Source: Tepidisphaera sp.
Lineage (GTDB): Bacteria > Planctomycetota > Phycisphaerae > Phycisphaerales > UBA1924
Length of the DNA: 64,000 nt
Assembly: GCA_050916045.1 (NCBI GenBank)
Contig: CP051526.1
Location: 3,232,001-3,296,000, forward strand
Direction: 5' to 3'
Part shown: one piece after another, positions 1-10,231 of the stretch
Layout of the letters: each line of letters opens with the position of its first letter
How positions within the stretch are numbered: the stretch's first letter is position 1
Position numbers and translations under genes: made by a program
Notes under the pieces: model-generated
What the model was told of the DNA's origin: nothing
The model's database searches: none
Seen by the model: the letters and a program-made list of their open reading frames with translations, nothing else

Positions 1-2
1 AG

Positions 3-704
3 GCCAGCAAGTCGCTGCTCGACGCCGACTATTTCGCCGTCGAACGGCACGCGAAGAAAGCTCTCGCGCAAGCCCGCAAAGCCAACGACTTCGAACGCAT
101 GGCCCGCGCCATTCTCCCGCTTCAGGAAGCACGCCGCCAGCGCCGCCACGAAGCCGCCGACGCTCAGATCAGACTCATCCTCACCTCCGTTCCCGGGCCC
201 AAGGACCTCCTTCCCGGCATGTACCTCGTGCAGCCCCCCCTCGTCGGCATCAACGCACGCGTCATCCGCGAACAGGCCGAAGCCGCACGGACGCCCATCG
301 TGATCGTCTGCCGCGAACCCATGACCCGCGCCCGCCGCTGGCCCGTCGTCGCAGTCGCGGCGGGCACGCTCACCGCCACGCTGACGCTCCGCACCCAGGT
401 CGACCCGCCCCCGGGCGTCGAACCACGCGACTCGGGCATGACCCGCGACGTCGTCCACGAGCCGCCGCCCGCATCGTGGTTTCAAGCCGCGAACGAAGCC
501 CTAGGCGATGCCGCCATCGCCAGGCTCAACCCCGCCGACCCCCCCGCCTGGCGCGTCGATGACCTGCTCGAAGCCCTCGACGCCCTCCCCGACCACGAGA
601 AGCTCCACCAGGCCCTCGCCGCCGCTTGCCGCGAAGCTTCCGCCGCCCCGCTCCCCGACCGACCGCGGCGCAAGTCGCGGCATGACGATCCCCGGTCATT
701 CTGA
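3..704 (+). CDS. conserved hypothetical protein, 5'-truncated by window edge
   Basis: Frame is open from base 3 (ASKSLLDADYFAVERHAKKAL...) into the 99..704 ORF; codon usage is coding-like. Confidence 0.7.
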   Translation, partial: ASKSLLDADYFAVERHAKKALAQARKANDFERMARAILPLQEARRQRRHEAADAQIRLILTSVPGPKDLLPGMYLVQPPLVGINARVIREQAEAARTPIVIVCREPMTRARRWPVVAVAAGTLTATLTLRTQVDPPPGVEPRDSGMTRDVVHEPPPASWFQAANEALGDAAIARLNPADPPAWRVDDLLEALDALPDHEKLHQALAAACREASAAPLPDRPRRKSRHDDPRSF

Positions 705-878
705 CCGGTTGTCGGACCTTTCCCGCCCCTACGCGGCGCACACACTCCCCACCCCCACTCGATCGCACCGCGCGCGCGAGGGTCCGCGTTGCATTTCCGT
801 CCGCTTGGGTCACACTCGACCCGTAGCACTGTTCCTCGGTCCAGGACGGACCGGACAACCAAAGACGGGAAGGACTCC

Positions 879-1466
879 ATGCAAGCCAGACTCTGCGCAC
901 TCGCTGTCTCAGCCGCCGGGATCGCCGCGTCCGCAAAGGCCGAGGTGGTTTTCGGACTACCGATCACGTTCACGCAGAACGGAACGACCGTGAGTGCCGT
1001 GTTCTCGGTCGGTAACGCCTCGTGGACCGGCATGCTCTACCGCGACGACGGCACCGCCGGGTTGGGCCAGTTTGTCTTCAACAACAAGTCCGCAAGACCG
1101 GGCGACACGAGGTCGCTTGGCACCTTCAACACGGGGTCGGAGCTCCTGTTCAATTACAGGGTCGTGACGGGCACGCCCGCGATCTTCCGCGGCGAGGATC
1201 CGGCGCACGTCTTCCACTTCGGGTTCGAGCAGCTCACCGCGACGACCATCGCGTTGCGCATCGAGGACATGCCTCAGGGTGTCTCCGACCGCGACTGGGA
1301 CGACTGCGTCGCTCTGCTCCGCTTCAGCAAGCCGGTGACCATTGGAGGAGGGGGCGGGGGCGGAGGCGGCGGAGGTGGGCGTGACGGCGAATCGACACCC
1401 ACGCCAGGGTCACTCGTCGCGCTTCTGGGCGGCACGAGCCTCTTTATCGGTCGACGTCGCCGGTAA
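879..1466 (+). CDS. secreted DUF4114-like protein with PEP-CTERM-like (PTPG) sorting signal
   Basis: ATG at 879 after AAGGA; signal peptide; EDMPQGVSDRDWDD motif; poly-Gly linker then PTPG-TM-RRRR. Confidence 0.75.
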   Translation: MQARLCALAVSAAGIAASAKAEVVFGLPITFTQNGTTVSAVFSVGNASWTGMLYRDDGTAGLGQFVFNNKSARPGDTRSLGTFNTGSELLFNYRVVTGTPAIFRGEDPAHVFHFGFEQLTATTIALRIEDMPQGVSDRDWDDCVALLRFSKPVTIGGGGGGGGGGGGRDGESTPTPGSLVALLGGTSLFIGRRRR

Positions 1467-1581
1467 CTCAGTCCGGACCCGGTACTGACACGGGTACGCG
1501 CAGGACCTCCGGGAAAGCCGGGAGTTTCAGTGAACGAGCCGTCGGACTCCGCCGATCTCCTCTTTCGTCAGGAGATGCTCC

Positions 1582-1944
1582 ATGCCCGATCCCGATTCCC
1601 TGGGCCCGCTTCGAAGCGACCTCGCCGACTCTCCCGAGATGGCCGACATGATCGGTATCTTTCTCGCGGAGCTTCCGGCGCGGGTGAACGGCCTCGTCAC
1701 CGCGTACAACGCGGGTGACGCCGACACGCTCAAGCGTCTGACGCATCAGATCAAGGGGTCCGCTGGCGGCTTTGGCTTCCAGATCGTCGGTGACGCCGCC
1801 GATCGGGTGGAAGCGGCGCTGAAAGCCTCGGCGAACCCGCAGGATGCGATCTCCCACATCAGCGCCGAATTCCGCGAACTCGTCGAACTCTGCCATCGGG
1901 CCACCGCCGGCTCGGGCCTTCCCGTCGAACGTCCTCGCTTCTAA
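1582..1944 (+). CDS. Hpt (histidine phosphotransfer) domain protein
   Basis: HQIKGSAGGFGF motif; AGGAG RBS. Confidence 0.9.
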   Translation: MPDPDSLGPLRSDLADSPEMADMIGIFLAELPARVNGLVTAYNAGDADTLKRLTHQIKGSAGGFGFQIVGDAADRVEAALKASANPQDAISHISAEFRELVELCHRATAGSGLPVERPRF

Positions 1945-1956
1945 GGCCGTCCCCGT

Positions 1957-2958
1957 GTGAACCGCCGGATGCAGACACCCCAAGCCACCCCGATGATCCC
2001 CGCGCAGTCCGATGAACAGCGCCCGCTGGCACTGGTCATCGACGACTCGCTGGACGTTCATCGTCTGCTCGCGGCGCGGCTGAAGCAGGAGGAGATCGAC
2101 CTGATCTGCACGGCGGACCCACGAGAAGGGCTGACTCGCGCGGCGGCGGTTCCGCCGGCGGTGATCCTGCTGGACCTGGACATGCCCGGCATGGACGGGT
2201 TTGAAGTGCTCCGGGCCCTGAAGGACAACCCCGCGACGCATCACGTTCCGGTGATCATCCTCTCGGGAATGGCCGGGATGCAGGACAAGGTCACGGCCTT
2301 TGAACTGGGCGCGATCGACTACGTCGTCAAACCGTTTGAGTTCACCGAGCTTCGGGTCCGCTTGCGTTCAGCGCTGCGGGTCCACCGCCTGCTTTCGCTT
2401 CTGGCGTCGCGGGCGCAGCTCGACGGCCTGACTGGGCTTTGGAACCGCGCGTACTTCGACCATCGCCTGAGCGAAGAGGCCTCCAAGAGCACGCGTCACA
2501 GCCGCCCGTTCTCGATCGCGATCGCGGACGCCGACAACTTCAAGTCGATCAACGACACGTTCGGGCACCCCGCGGGCGACGCGGTGCTGCAGGGCTTGGC
2601 CAAGATCCTTCGCCGCGAGTGCCGCCAGTCGGACATCGTCTGCCGGTACGGCGGCGAGGAGTTCGTGATCCTGATGCCCGACACGACCGCGATCGACGCC
2701 GCCGCGGTGTGCGAACGAATCCGCCAGAGCGTCGAGCAGGCTGCCTGGCCGCGTCACCCCGAACGCAAGGTCACGATCTCCATGGGTGTGGCGGGCGTGA
2801 ACGGGGCGACGGCGCTCCAGCCCGCGGCCTGGCTTGAGACCGCCGACCGCAATCTCTACACCAGCAAGCGGTCGGGCCGCAACACCGTGACGACGACGGA
2901 CCTCACGATCACTCCGCCGCCGATTGCGCCGAGCAATCCGAGCGCCGCCGCGGCCTGA
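1957..2958 (+). CDS. response regulator diguanylate cyclase (REC-GGDEF)
   Basis: IDD / LLDLDMPGMDG / KPF receiver motifs; DADNFKSINDTFGH and RQSD...RYGGEEF; start could be 1969. Confidence 0.93.
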   Translation: MNRRMQTPQATPMIPAQSDEQRPLALVIDDSLDVHRLLAARLKQEEIDLICTADPREGLTRAAAVPPAVILLDLDMPGMDGFEVLRALKDNPATHHVPVIILSGMAGMQDKVTAFELGAIDYVVKPFEFTELRVRLRSALRVHRLLSLLASRAQLDGLTGLWNRAYFDHRLSEEASKSTRHSRPFSIAIADADNFKSINDTFGHPAGDAVLQGLAKILRRECRQSDIVCRYGGEEFVILMPDTTAIDAAAVCERIRQSVEQAAWPRHPERKVTISMGVAGVNGATALQPAAWLETADRNLYTSKRSGRNTVTTTDLTITPPPIAPSNPSAAAA

Positions 2959-3051
2959 GCCGCCCACCGCACGATCCCCTCGTTTCTGTAACGTGTCCGT
3001 GCCCCGACGGGAGCGCTATATTTGCGTTCACCCGAATTCAGGAGCACCGCC

Positions 3052-4221
3052 ATGGCCGATTCCACCGCCGCCGCTACGTTCGCCAAGGGTCTTGAGGGCA
3101 TCGTCGCCGGCGAAACCCAGATCTGTTCGATCGAGCAGGGCGGGCTTTGGTACCGCGGCTACGAGATCCACGACCTGGCCGCCAACGCGACCTTCGAGGA
3201 AGTCGCCCACGTCCTCCTGATCGGCCACAAAGCTTCGCCGGCCGAGCTCGCGGCTTTCAAGGGCGAGCTGATCGCCGAGCGACCCATCCCCGCGACCATC
3301 GGCCAGTTCTTCAAGGACGCCGCCCCCGCTCTCCGCAAGGGCACCGCGGTGCCGATGGACGTGCTCCGCACCGCCGTGAGCATGCAGGCCCATCTCGACC
3401 AGGACTGCCAGGACAACTCGCCGGCCGCGAACCTCCGCAAAGCCAAGCGGCTTCTCGCGAAGGTCCCGACCATGATCGGGCAGATGCAGAACGCCATCGA
3501 CGGTCGCCCGTTCATCGCGCCCCAGACCGGCGGCGACGCTTCCCTCTCCCACGCCGCGAACCTGATGTACCTCATGACGGGCGAGAAGCCCAGCGAGGAA
3601 GCGGCCCGCGTGATGGACGTTTCGCTCATCCTCTACGCTGAGCACGACTACAACGCCAGCACCTTCACGTCGCGCGTCATCGCCGGCACGCTGAGCGACA
3701 TGCACGGAGCCGTCTGCGGCGGGATCGCCGCTCTCAAGGGCCCGCTCCACGGCGGCGCGAACGAAGCCGCGATGGAAATGCTCCGCGAGATCCGGGCGTA
3801 CATCGAGGGCGGCGAAGGGTCGATCAACGACTTCATGCAGAACGCCTTCGCGACCAAGCGCAAGCTCATGGGCTTCGGCCACCGCGTCTACAAGAACGGG
3901 GACCACCGGGCTCCGATCCTCAACAAGCTCGGCCGCGCCCTGGCCACGAGCAAGGGCAAGGACTACCTCAAGTGGTTCGAGATCGGCGATGAAGTCGAAG
4001 CGATCATGCTCCGCGACAAGAAGATCCACCCCAACGTCGACTTCCCCTGCGGGATGACGTACTTCACGATGGGTATCCCCGTCCCCCAGTACACGCCGAT
4101 CTTCGTCGCAAGCCGCGTCAGCGGCTGGTGCGCCCACATCATGGAGCAGCACGCGAACAACCGCCTGATCCGGCCGCTGAGCATCTACACCGGGGCACCC
4201 TACCGGAAATGGAACGGCTGA
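3052..4221 (+). CDS. citrate synthase / 2-methylcitrate synthase family
   Basis: KGLEG, EHDYNASTF, GPLHGGANE, GFGHRVY, PNVDF, RLIRP motifs; AGGAG RBS. Confidence 0.93.
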   Translation: MADSTAAATFAKGLEGIVAGETQICSIEQGGLWYRGYEIHDLAANATFEEVAHVLLIGHKASPAELAAFKGELIAERPIPATIGQFFKDAAPALRKGTAVPMDVLRTAVSMQAHLDQDCQDNSPAANLRKAKRLLAKVPTMIGQMQNAIDGRPFIAPQTGGDASLSHAANLMYLMTGEKPSEEAARVMDVSLILYAEHDYNASTFTSRVIAGTLSDMHGAVCGGIAALKGPLHGGANEAAMEMLREIRAYIEGGEGSINDFMQNAFATKRKLMGFGHRVYKNGDHRAPILNKLGRALATSKGKDYLKWFEIGDEVEAIMLRDKKIHPNVDFPCGMTYFTMGIPVPQYTPIFVASRVSGWCAHIMEQHANNRLIRPLSIYTGAPYRKWNG

Positions 4222-4304
4222 TCGATCCCCGATCTCGACCGGATGCACCGATCTTCATCCGTCCTTTCACGAACGCCTGAACCTGTGGGGCTAGGATCCG
4301 TCCA

Positions 4305-4691
4305 ATGAGCAGCGCTCCCGACAAAACCGAAACCCGCCTCCGCGACCGCGGATGGTTCCGGGTGCTTCGTCGCCGGGCTGCGGCGTGGACGATCGCGATC
4401 GCCGCGCTGGCCGTGGCCACGATCTCCGTCGCCGGGCTTCCCGCGTGGCCGGTGATCGGCGTGGCGGTGCTTGCGGTGGCGACGACGGTGAACACGATCG
4501 CGGCGCGGCTTCAGGCCGACCGCTTGCTCTGCCTGGGCTGCGGCGATGATCTGACCGGTCAGCCGGCGGGCACCTACGGCGTGGTCTGCGGCAAGTGCGG
4601 AGCGATCAACCAGCCGTACATCACCGATCCGGCCGAGCGGGCCGCGATGCCGGGCGAGCGTCCGGCACAGAGCCCCGCGAAGAACGCCTGA
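4305..4691 (+). CDS. membrane protein with C-terminal CxxC...CxxC zinc ribbon
   Basis: Two hydrophobic helices followed by CLGCG...CGKCG. Confidence 0.7.
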   Translation: MSSAPDKTETRLRDRGWFRVLRRRAAAWTIAIAALAVATISVAGLPAWPVIGVAVLAVATTVNTIAARLQADRLLCLGCGDDLTGQPAGTYGVVCGKCGAINQPYITDPAERAAMPGERPAQSPAKNA

Positions 4692-4739
4692 TCGCCGCTG
4701 CTCCCGCCTGAGCTTTCACCCATCAACCTACCGTCGGCG

Positions 4740-5291
4740 ATGCCGATTCGGACCCTGTGCATCTACTGCGCCGCCGCTCCGGGCGCTCACCCCGACTACG
4801 TCGCCCACGCCGCCGAAGTGGGCCGCCTGGCCGCCAGAAGCGGCATCACGATCATTTACGGGGGCGGGAGCGTCGGGCTGATGGGAGCGGTCGCGGATGG
4901 AAGCCTGCGGGCCGGAGGGTCGGTGATCGGCGTCATCACCAAGCAACTTGTCGACCGTGAGCTTGCCCACCGCGAGGTCCCCGACATGCGGATCGTCGCG
5001 ACGATGCACGAGCGGAAGATGATCATGGCGGAATCGGCGGATGCGTTCATGGCTCTGCCGGGCGGGTACGGGACGCTGGATGAGCTTTTCGAGTGCCTCG
5101 CGTGGGCCCAGCTCGGGATCCACTCCAAGCCGGTCGTTCTGCTGAACACCCGCGGGTTTTTCGATCCCATCCTGACGTGGCTGGAGCTGGCGGGGAACGA
5201 GAGCTTCCTGCGGCTTCCGGCCAGCCGGGCCCTGCGCGTCTCGGGGACGCCCGAGGGGGCGATCGCGGCGCTCGGGGGCGGCCCGTTCTGA
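4740..5291 (+). CDS. LOG family (TIGR00730) nucleotide phosphoribohydrolase
   Basis: YGGGSVGLMG, MHERK, PGGYGTLDE motifs. Confidence 0.92.
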   Translation: MPIRTLCIYCAAAPGAHPDYVAHAAEVGRLAARSGITIIYGGGSVGLMGAVADGSLRAGGSVIGVITKQLVDRELAHREVPDMRIVATMHERKMIMAESADAFMALPGGYGTLDELFECLAWAQLGIHSKPVVLLNTRGFFDPILTWLELAGNESFLRLPASRALRVSGTPEGAIAALGGGPF

Positions 5292-5322
5292 CGGGGCGTT
5301 CCGCTGTCGGTACACTCGGGGC

Positions 5323-6540
5323 ATGGAATTTCGTACCGCGGTGCTTGAGAACGGCCTGAGGATCATCGCAGAAGTCGACCCGTCGGCGCACACGGCGGCG
5401 GCGGGGTTCTTCGTCAAGACGGGTGCACGCGACGAAGCGACGCCGGTCATGGGCGTGTCGCACTTTCTCGAGCACATGATGTTCAAGGGCACGGGCGACC
5501 TCTCGGCCGAGGACCTCAACCGCGCGTACGACGAGATCGGCGCCCGCAACAACGCGTACACCAGCAACGAGATGACCTGCTTCTACGCACAGGTCCTTCC
5601 CGAGCACCTCGCCACGAGCCTCGATCTGCTCGGGCGGATGATGCGGCCGGCGCTGCGGCAGACCGATTTCGACACCGAGAAGGGCGTGATCCTCGAAGAG
5701 ATCGCGATGTACAAGGACAAGCCGTTCTGGGTGCTCTACGAGAAAGCCATCGAGCAGCACTACGGCGAACACCCGATGTCGCACCGCGTGCTCGGCACCG
5801 ACGAATCGATCAAAGCCCTGACCCGCGACCAGATGTCGGCGTACTTCGAGCATCGGTACTCGGCGGACAACACGATCGTTTCGCTCGCGGGGCGGATGGA
5901 CTTTGACCGCTGCGTGGCGCAGATCCGCTCGCTTTGCGGGCACTGGCCGCGGACTGGCGCGGTGCGGAACCCGCAGTCGCCGAAGGTGGCGGGCGGTTCG
6001 TTTGAGGTGCGTGATCCGAAGGTCAATCGCGGGTACTACATCGGGATCGCGCAGGCCCCGGCGGGGCAGGACGATCGGCGGTACGCGGCTTCGCTCCTGG
6101 CACAGGTGCTCGGGGCCTCCGAGAACAGCCGGTTGCACTGGGCGTTGATCGAGACGGGGCTTGCGGAGGAGGCGCTGGCGGCGTACGACGGGCACGACAA
6201 CATCGGCGAGTACTACGTGTATGCGTCGGCGGACCCGGCGAGGCTCGCGGAGGTGGAGCAGGTGATCAACCGCGAGATCGCGGGGCTTGTGGATTCGATC
6301 ACGGATGATGATCTTGAGCGGCTTCGGAACCGGATCGCGACAGCGGCGACGCTGGGCGCGGAGCGGCCCGGGGACGGGATGCAGCGGCTTGGCCGGCACT
6401 GGATGCTCCACGGGTCGTACGCGACGCTGGATGAGGAGCTTGCGAAGATCAACGCGGTGACGAAAGCGGACCTGGTGTCGGTGGCGCGGGAGTTCCCGAT
6501 CAAGCCGGTCACGGTGGGACGGATGCTGCCGCAGGGGTGA
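5323..6540 (+). CDS. M16 (pitrilysin/insulinase) family peptidase
   Basis: HFLEHMMFKGT inverted zinc motif; NAYTS. Confidence 0.93.
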   Translation: MEFRTAVLENGLRIIAEVDPSAHTAAAGFFVKTGARDEATPVMGVSHFLEHMMFKGTGDLSAEDLNRAYDEIGARNNAYTSNEMTCFYAQVLPEHLATSLDLLGRMMRPALRQTDFDTEKGVILEEIAMYKDKPFWVLYEKAIEQHYGEHPMSHRVLGTDESIKALTRDQMSAYFEHRYSADNTIVSLAGRMDFDRCVAQIRSLCGHWPRTGAVRNPQSPKVAGGSFEVRDPKVNRGYYIGIAQAPAGQDDRRYAASLLAQVLGASENSRLHWALIETGLAEEALAAYDGHDNIGEYYVYASADPARLAEVEQVINREIAGLVDSITDDDLERLRNRIATAATLGAERPGDGMQRLGRHWMLHGSYATLDEELAKINAVTKADLVSVAREFPIKPVTVGRMLPQG

Positions 6541-6543
6541 TGC

Positions 6544-7587
6544 GTGAAGACTGGGGGAGACAGGCCGACCCAGGTTGATGATGCCGGACGGCCGCTCACG
6601 GAGGTCGGATCCGGGGGGATCCACCATGAGCTGAAGCAGGATCCGAAAGCACGGGCGCTGGTCCTGCTTCTGACTGGACGTCTTCAGCATCTCTCCAGCA
6701 TTCAGGCTGAGAGCATTGCGTTCGGCGCGGTCGTCGCGGTGGGAGGCCTGTTGCTCTTCGGAGTCGCGTTGGTCGCTGGATGGTGGCCGGTGGCGGTGCT
6801 TGTGTTCGTGGCTTCGATGGTGCTTTTCGCGATGATCATCCTGGGGACCGATCGGCCGACGAAGAGCGAGATCGCGGAGGAAGTGCGGCATGCTTCGCTC
6901 GCGTACGGACGCTGCATGGGCTGCGGGTATCTCCTCGATGGTCTGGAAGCCGATGAATCGGGTCTCCGCCGGTGCCCTGAGTGCGCCGCGAGGTGGCGGG
7001 CGGACCGGGTGAGGTTCTCGCTCGGCGGGCACGAGTTGGCGATCGCGGCCAAGCACACGGGCGGTCGGCTGGTGATGGCGGGAGCACCACCGGTTCTGAT
7101 CGATGAGAGCGGAAGGCTGCACTGGGCCGCCGATCCGCGACTCCCCGGCGCGGAGGAGCATTTCGGAGACCGCGCGCAGGATGTGCGACGGGTCGTTCGA
7201 TGGAGGAGCATGGGGTGGAGGGCGGCGGCGCTCCTGATCGCGCTCTGGCCGATCGCCTTTCTGGTGCTGATCTCGCTCGTGCTGCTTTTCGGCGGACCAA
7301 ACGCTTGGATGAGCCTCTTGCCGGTCATCCTCTATCTGCCGCTCGGCGGTTTTGCGAGCGTGCGGATGATCGTAAACTGGCGCGAGTATCGAACACCCTG
7401 GCTCTGCCGCCGAGCCGCGCAGTGTCTTCTGGACGAAGGGGTTTGTCCCGGCTGCGGCCACGGACTTTCGATGAGACCGGGATCGTCCGACGGGCGCGTT
7501 CGTTGTGAGCACTGTGACGGCCTCTGGTCCGCACGCCTCACCAACCAATCCACGCTCACGTTCAAGTCAGCCGAGCCGGCCTCGTAG
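6544..7587 (+). CDS. membrane protein with two TM-hairpin plus zinc-ribbon modules
   Basis: CMGCGY...CPEC and CPGCGH...CEHC, each after a TM pair; GTG start uncertain. Confidence 0.65.
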   Translation: MKTGGDRPTQVDDAGRPLTEVGSGGIHHELKQDPKARALVLLLTGRLQHLSSIQAESIAFGAVVAVGGLLLFGVALVAGWWPVAVLVFVASMVLFAMIILGTDRPTKSEIAEEVRHASLAYGRCMGCGYLLDGLEADESGLRRCPECAARWRADRVRFSLGGHELAIAAKHTGGRLVMAGAPPVLIDESGRLHWAADPRLPGAEEHFGDRAQDVRRVVRWRSMGWRAAALLIALWPIAFLVLISLVLLFGGPNAWMSLLPVILYLPLGGFASVRMIVNWREYRTPWLCRRAAQCLLDEGVCPGCGHGLSMRPGSSDGRVRCEHCDGLWSARLTNQSTLTFKSAEPAS

Positions 7588-7614
7588 CGCGGCCATTTTC
7601 GCCACAACACAAAT

Positions 7615-7651
7615 AAAGCGGCCGGAACACTTGCGTGTCACCGGCCGCTTT
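7615..7651. terminator. inverted repeat, probable bidirectional terminator
   Basis: AAAGCGGCCGG...CCGGCCGCTTT between convergent genes. Confidence 0.5.
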
Positions 7652-7808
7652 GGGGGTGGGGGCTTGGTTGGCTGACGAGGGAAGAATAACGCAAAACGCG
7701 GAGCCTGTCAAGCCCAGGGAACGGGAATCGGTGGATTTGCCAAAGAATCCGAACACGACCCCACTTTGAATCGGACAAGGGGGGCGGTAGGGGTCGCCCG
7801 GCACCCGC

Positions 7809-7842
7809 AAAAACGACACGAGCCCCGTCGCCGGGGCCCGTG
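7809..7842 (-). terminator. intrinsic terminator of RRM gene
   Basis: GC hairpin followed by a T-tract on the minus strand. Confidence 0.5.
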
Positions 7843-7890
7843 CTTGATTCAAATTCAGGCTCTTTCGGACCCCGGGGGGCCCGTCAGGGC

Positions 7891-8280
7891 TTACCAGCCG
7901 CCGCGGCCGCCGCCACCGCCGCCGCCGCCGCCACCGGAGCGACCACCGCCGCCGCCGAAGCCGCCGCGACCGCCGCCGCCGCCACCGGAGCGACCGCCGC
8001 CGCCGCCGAAGCCACCACGACCGCCGCCGCCACCCGCTTCACGGGGCTTGGCTTCGTTGACCGTGAGGTCGCGGCCGTCAACGTTCTGACCATGGAGAGC
8101 CGTGATCGCGGCCTTGGCGCTCTCGGCATTCACGAACTCGACGAAGCCGAAGCCGCGGGGGCGGCCGGTTTCGCGGTCCATGACGAGCGTCGCGGAAGCG
8201 ACTTCGCCGTGCTGGGAGAAGAGCTCGCGGAGACGGTCTTCGGACGTGCTAAACGAGAGATTGCCGACGTACAACTTCAT
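7891..8280 (-). CDS. RRM RNA-binding protein with Gly/RGG-rich tail
   Basis: RNP2 LYVGNL, RNP1 RGFGFVEF; RGGFGGGGGRS repeats. Confidence 0.95.
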   Translation of the reverse strand: MKLYVGNLSFSTSEDRLRELFSQHGEVASATLVMDRETGRPRGFGFVEFVNAESAKAAITALHGQNVDGRDLTVNEAKPREAGGGGGRGGFGGGGGRSGGGGGGRGGFGGGGGRSGGGGGGGGGGRGGW

Positions 8281-8405
8281 GGGATTCACTTCCAACTTTG
8301 CCCCTGGACTCTACAGATACCGGTGCTCGAACTCGGGCAGAGGAAGCGTCGGCGACCCGGAAGCCCAGACCCACTCGGGTCCGCGTAACTTCCAAAGACA
8401 GCATA

Positions 8406-8434
8406 ATTCTACACTGGGTTCGTGGGCCCGGCAA
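8406..8434 (-). promoter_or_regulatory. sigma70-like promoter for RRM gene
   Basis: TTGCCG-N17-TAGAAT on the minus strand, giving a ~120-nt leader. Confidence 0.5.
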
Positions 8435-8492
8435 GGTGATTTTCCAAAACCTCGCCCCACAGGTTCGTTTTCTGACCGGTATGAAGGGTTTT

Positions 8493-9998
8493 TCACCCGC
8501 CGGCGGAGCCCTCGCCCCCCGGCAGGGTCATCGTCCAGGGGTTGAGGTACGCGTCGATGTCGGCTTTGGTGATCGTCGCGCCCTTCATGTCCTTGGTGCC
8601 GGCGACGGTCTCGTAGGCGAGCTGGCGGACGGTCTTCCCCTGCTTGTAGGCGTCCTTGGCCAGGGCGGCCGACTTGTCGTAACCAATGACGGGCACAAGA
8701 CTTGTGCACATCGCCAGGCTCCCTTCGATCAGCTCGGCGCAGCGGGCCTGATTGGGCTCAAGACCCCTCAGGAGGTTGGCGTTGAACATCGCGCACCCCC
8801 GGGCGGCCAGGTGGATGGAATCCAGCAGGTTGGCACCCATCATGGGCATGGCGACGTTGAGGTCGAGCAGGCTGCCCACCCCGCCGAACCCGCCGAGGGA
8901 CACGGCGGCGTCGTTCCCGATGATCTGGCAGCAGACCATGATGAGGCTCTCGCAGATGACGGGGTTGACCTTGCCGGGCATGATCGAAGAGCCGGGCTGG
9001 ACGGCGGGGATGTTGAGCTCGCCGATGCCGCAGCGCGGGCCGGAGCCGAGCCAGCGGATGTCGTTGGCGATCTTGCTCAGGCTGACCGCGAGCGTCTTGA
9101 GGTGGCCCGACGCTTCGACGATCGAGTCGCGTGCGTGCTGGGCTTCGAAGTGGTTGATCGCTTCGCGGAAGTGGATGCCCGTTTCCTTCGTGAGGTCGGC
9201 GGCGACCATGCTTCCGAACTGTTCGTGACAGTTGATGCCGGTGCCGACGGCGGTGCCGCCGATGGCGAGCTCACCGAGCGTGTGGAGGGCGCGGTGCAAG
9301 CGCTCTTCGGCGTGGCGGAGCTGGCTCGCGTATCCCGAGAATTCCTGGCCCAGGCGGATCGGCGTGGCGTCGGCGAGGTGGGTGCGACCGATCTTGACGA
9401 TCTTGTCCCACGCGACGGCCTTTTCCTCCAGACCGGCGGCGAGGGATTTCACCGCGGGGAGAAGCTCGTGCTGGATCATGAGAGCGGCGGAGAGGTTCAT
9501 CGCCGTGGGGAAGGTGTCGTTGGAGGACTGCCCCATGTTGACGTGGTCGTTGGGGTGGACGCCCCCGGATTTGATGTACTCGGGGTCCTTGGACTTGCCG
9601 ATGGGGTTGTTTGAGCGGACGGCGGTGAGGTTGGCGATGACCTCGTTGGCGTTCATGTTGGTGGAGGTGCCGCTTCCGGTCTGGAAGATGTCGATGGGGA
9701 AGTGGCGTTCCCAGCCGCCGCGCTGGGGGAGGCCAGCGGCGATTTCGCCGCAGGCGGCGATGATGGCGGCGGTGCGAGCGTCGTCGAGGCGGCCGAGGCG
9801 CTGGTTGGTGCGCGCGCACGCGGCTTTAAGCATGGCGTAGGCCCGGATGATCGGGAAGGGGACCGGTTTGCCGGAGACGGGGAAGTTGAGCACCGCGCGC
9901 TGGGTGGAAGCGCCGTAAAGCACATCCGCCGGGACGGGCATCTCGCCCATGGTGTCCTTCTCGGTGCGGGTGGGAGCGGAGGGGGAAGTCTGCGTCAT
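8493..9998 (-). CDS. fumC: class II fumarate hydratase
   Basis: QTGSGTSTNMN, HPNDHVN, GRTH, GSSIMPGKVNP signature. Confidence 0.95.
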   Translation of the reverse strand: MTQTSPSAPTRTEKDTMGEMPVPADVLYGASTQRAVLNFPVSGKPVPFPIIRAYAMLKAACARTNQRLGRLDDARTAAIIAACGEIAAGLPQRGGWERHFPIDIFQTGSGTSTNMNANEVIANLTAVRSNNPIGKSKDPEYIKSGGVHPNDHVNMGQSSNDTFPTAMNLSAALMIQHELLPAVKSLAAGLEEKAVAWDKIVKIGRTHLADATPIRLGQEFSGYASQLRHAEERLHRALHTLGELAIGGTAVGTGINCHEQFGSMVAADLTKETGIHFREAINHFEAQHARDSIVEASGHLKTLAVSLSKIANDIRWLGSGPRCGIGELNIPAVQPGSSIMPGKVNPVICESLIMVCCQIIGNDAAVSLGGFGGVGSLLDLNVAMPMMGANLLDSIHLAARGCAMFNANLLRGLEPNQARCAELIEGSLAMCTSLVPVIGYDKSAALAKDAYKQGKTVRQLAYETVAGTKDMKGATITKADIDAYLNPWTMTLPGGEGSAGG

Positions 9999-10231
9999 GG
10001 CGGAGGATAGGAATTCCAAAGCCCGGTTTTTGGGAATCCCGCTGAATCCCACGTCGGGAATGTTGGAACCGGGAGGGGGCGACCCGGGTCATGTACACTG
10101 TGGGAGTGCCCGGGGGGGACCGAGGGCGGACGGGGGCGACGGGGGAGGATGCCCAAGACCGGGCACAACGATGCGGACCGAGGTCGGACGGGAAGGCGGG
10201 CGGGGAACGGTCGGCTTTTCCGGAGGTTCGG

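Noticed and set aside
7900..8035. GCC-rich tandem repeat as a separate element
   Set aside because: It is the coding sequence of the Gly/RGG tail of the RRM protein
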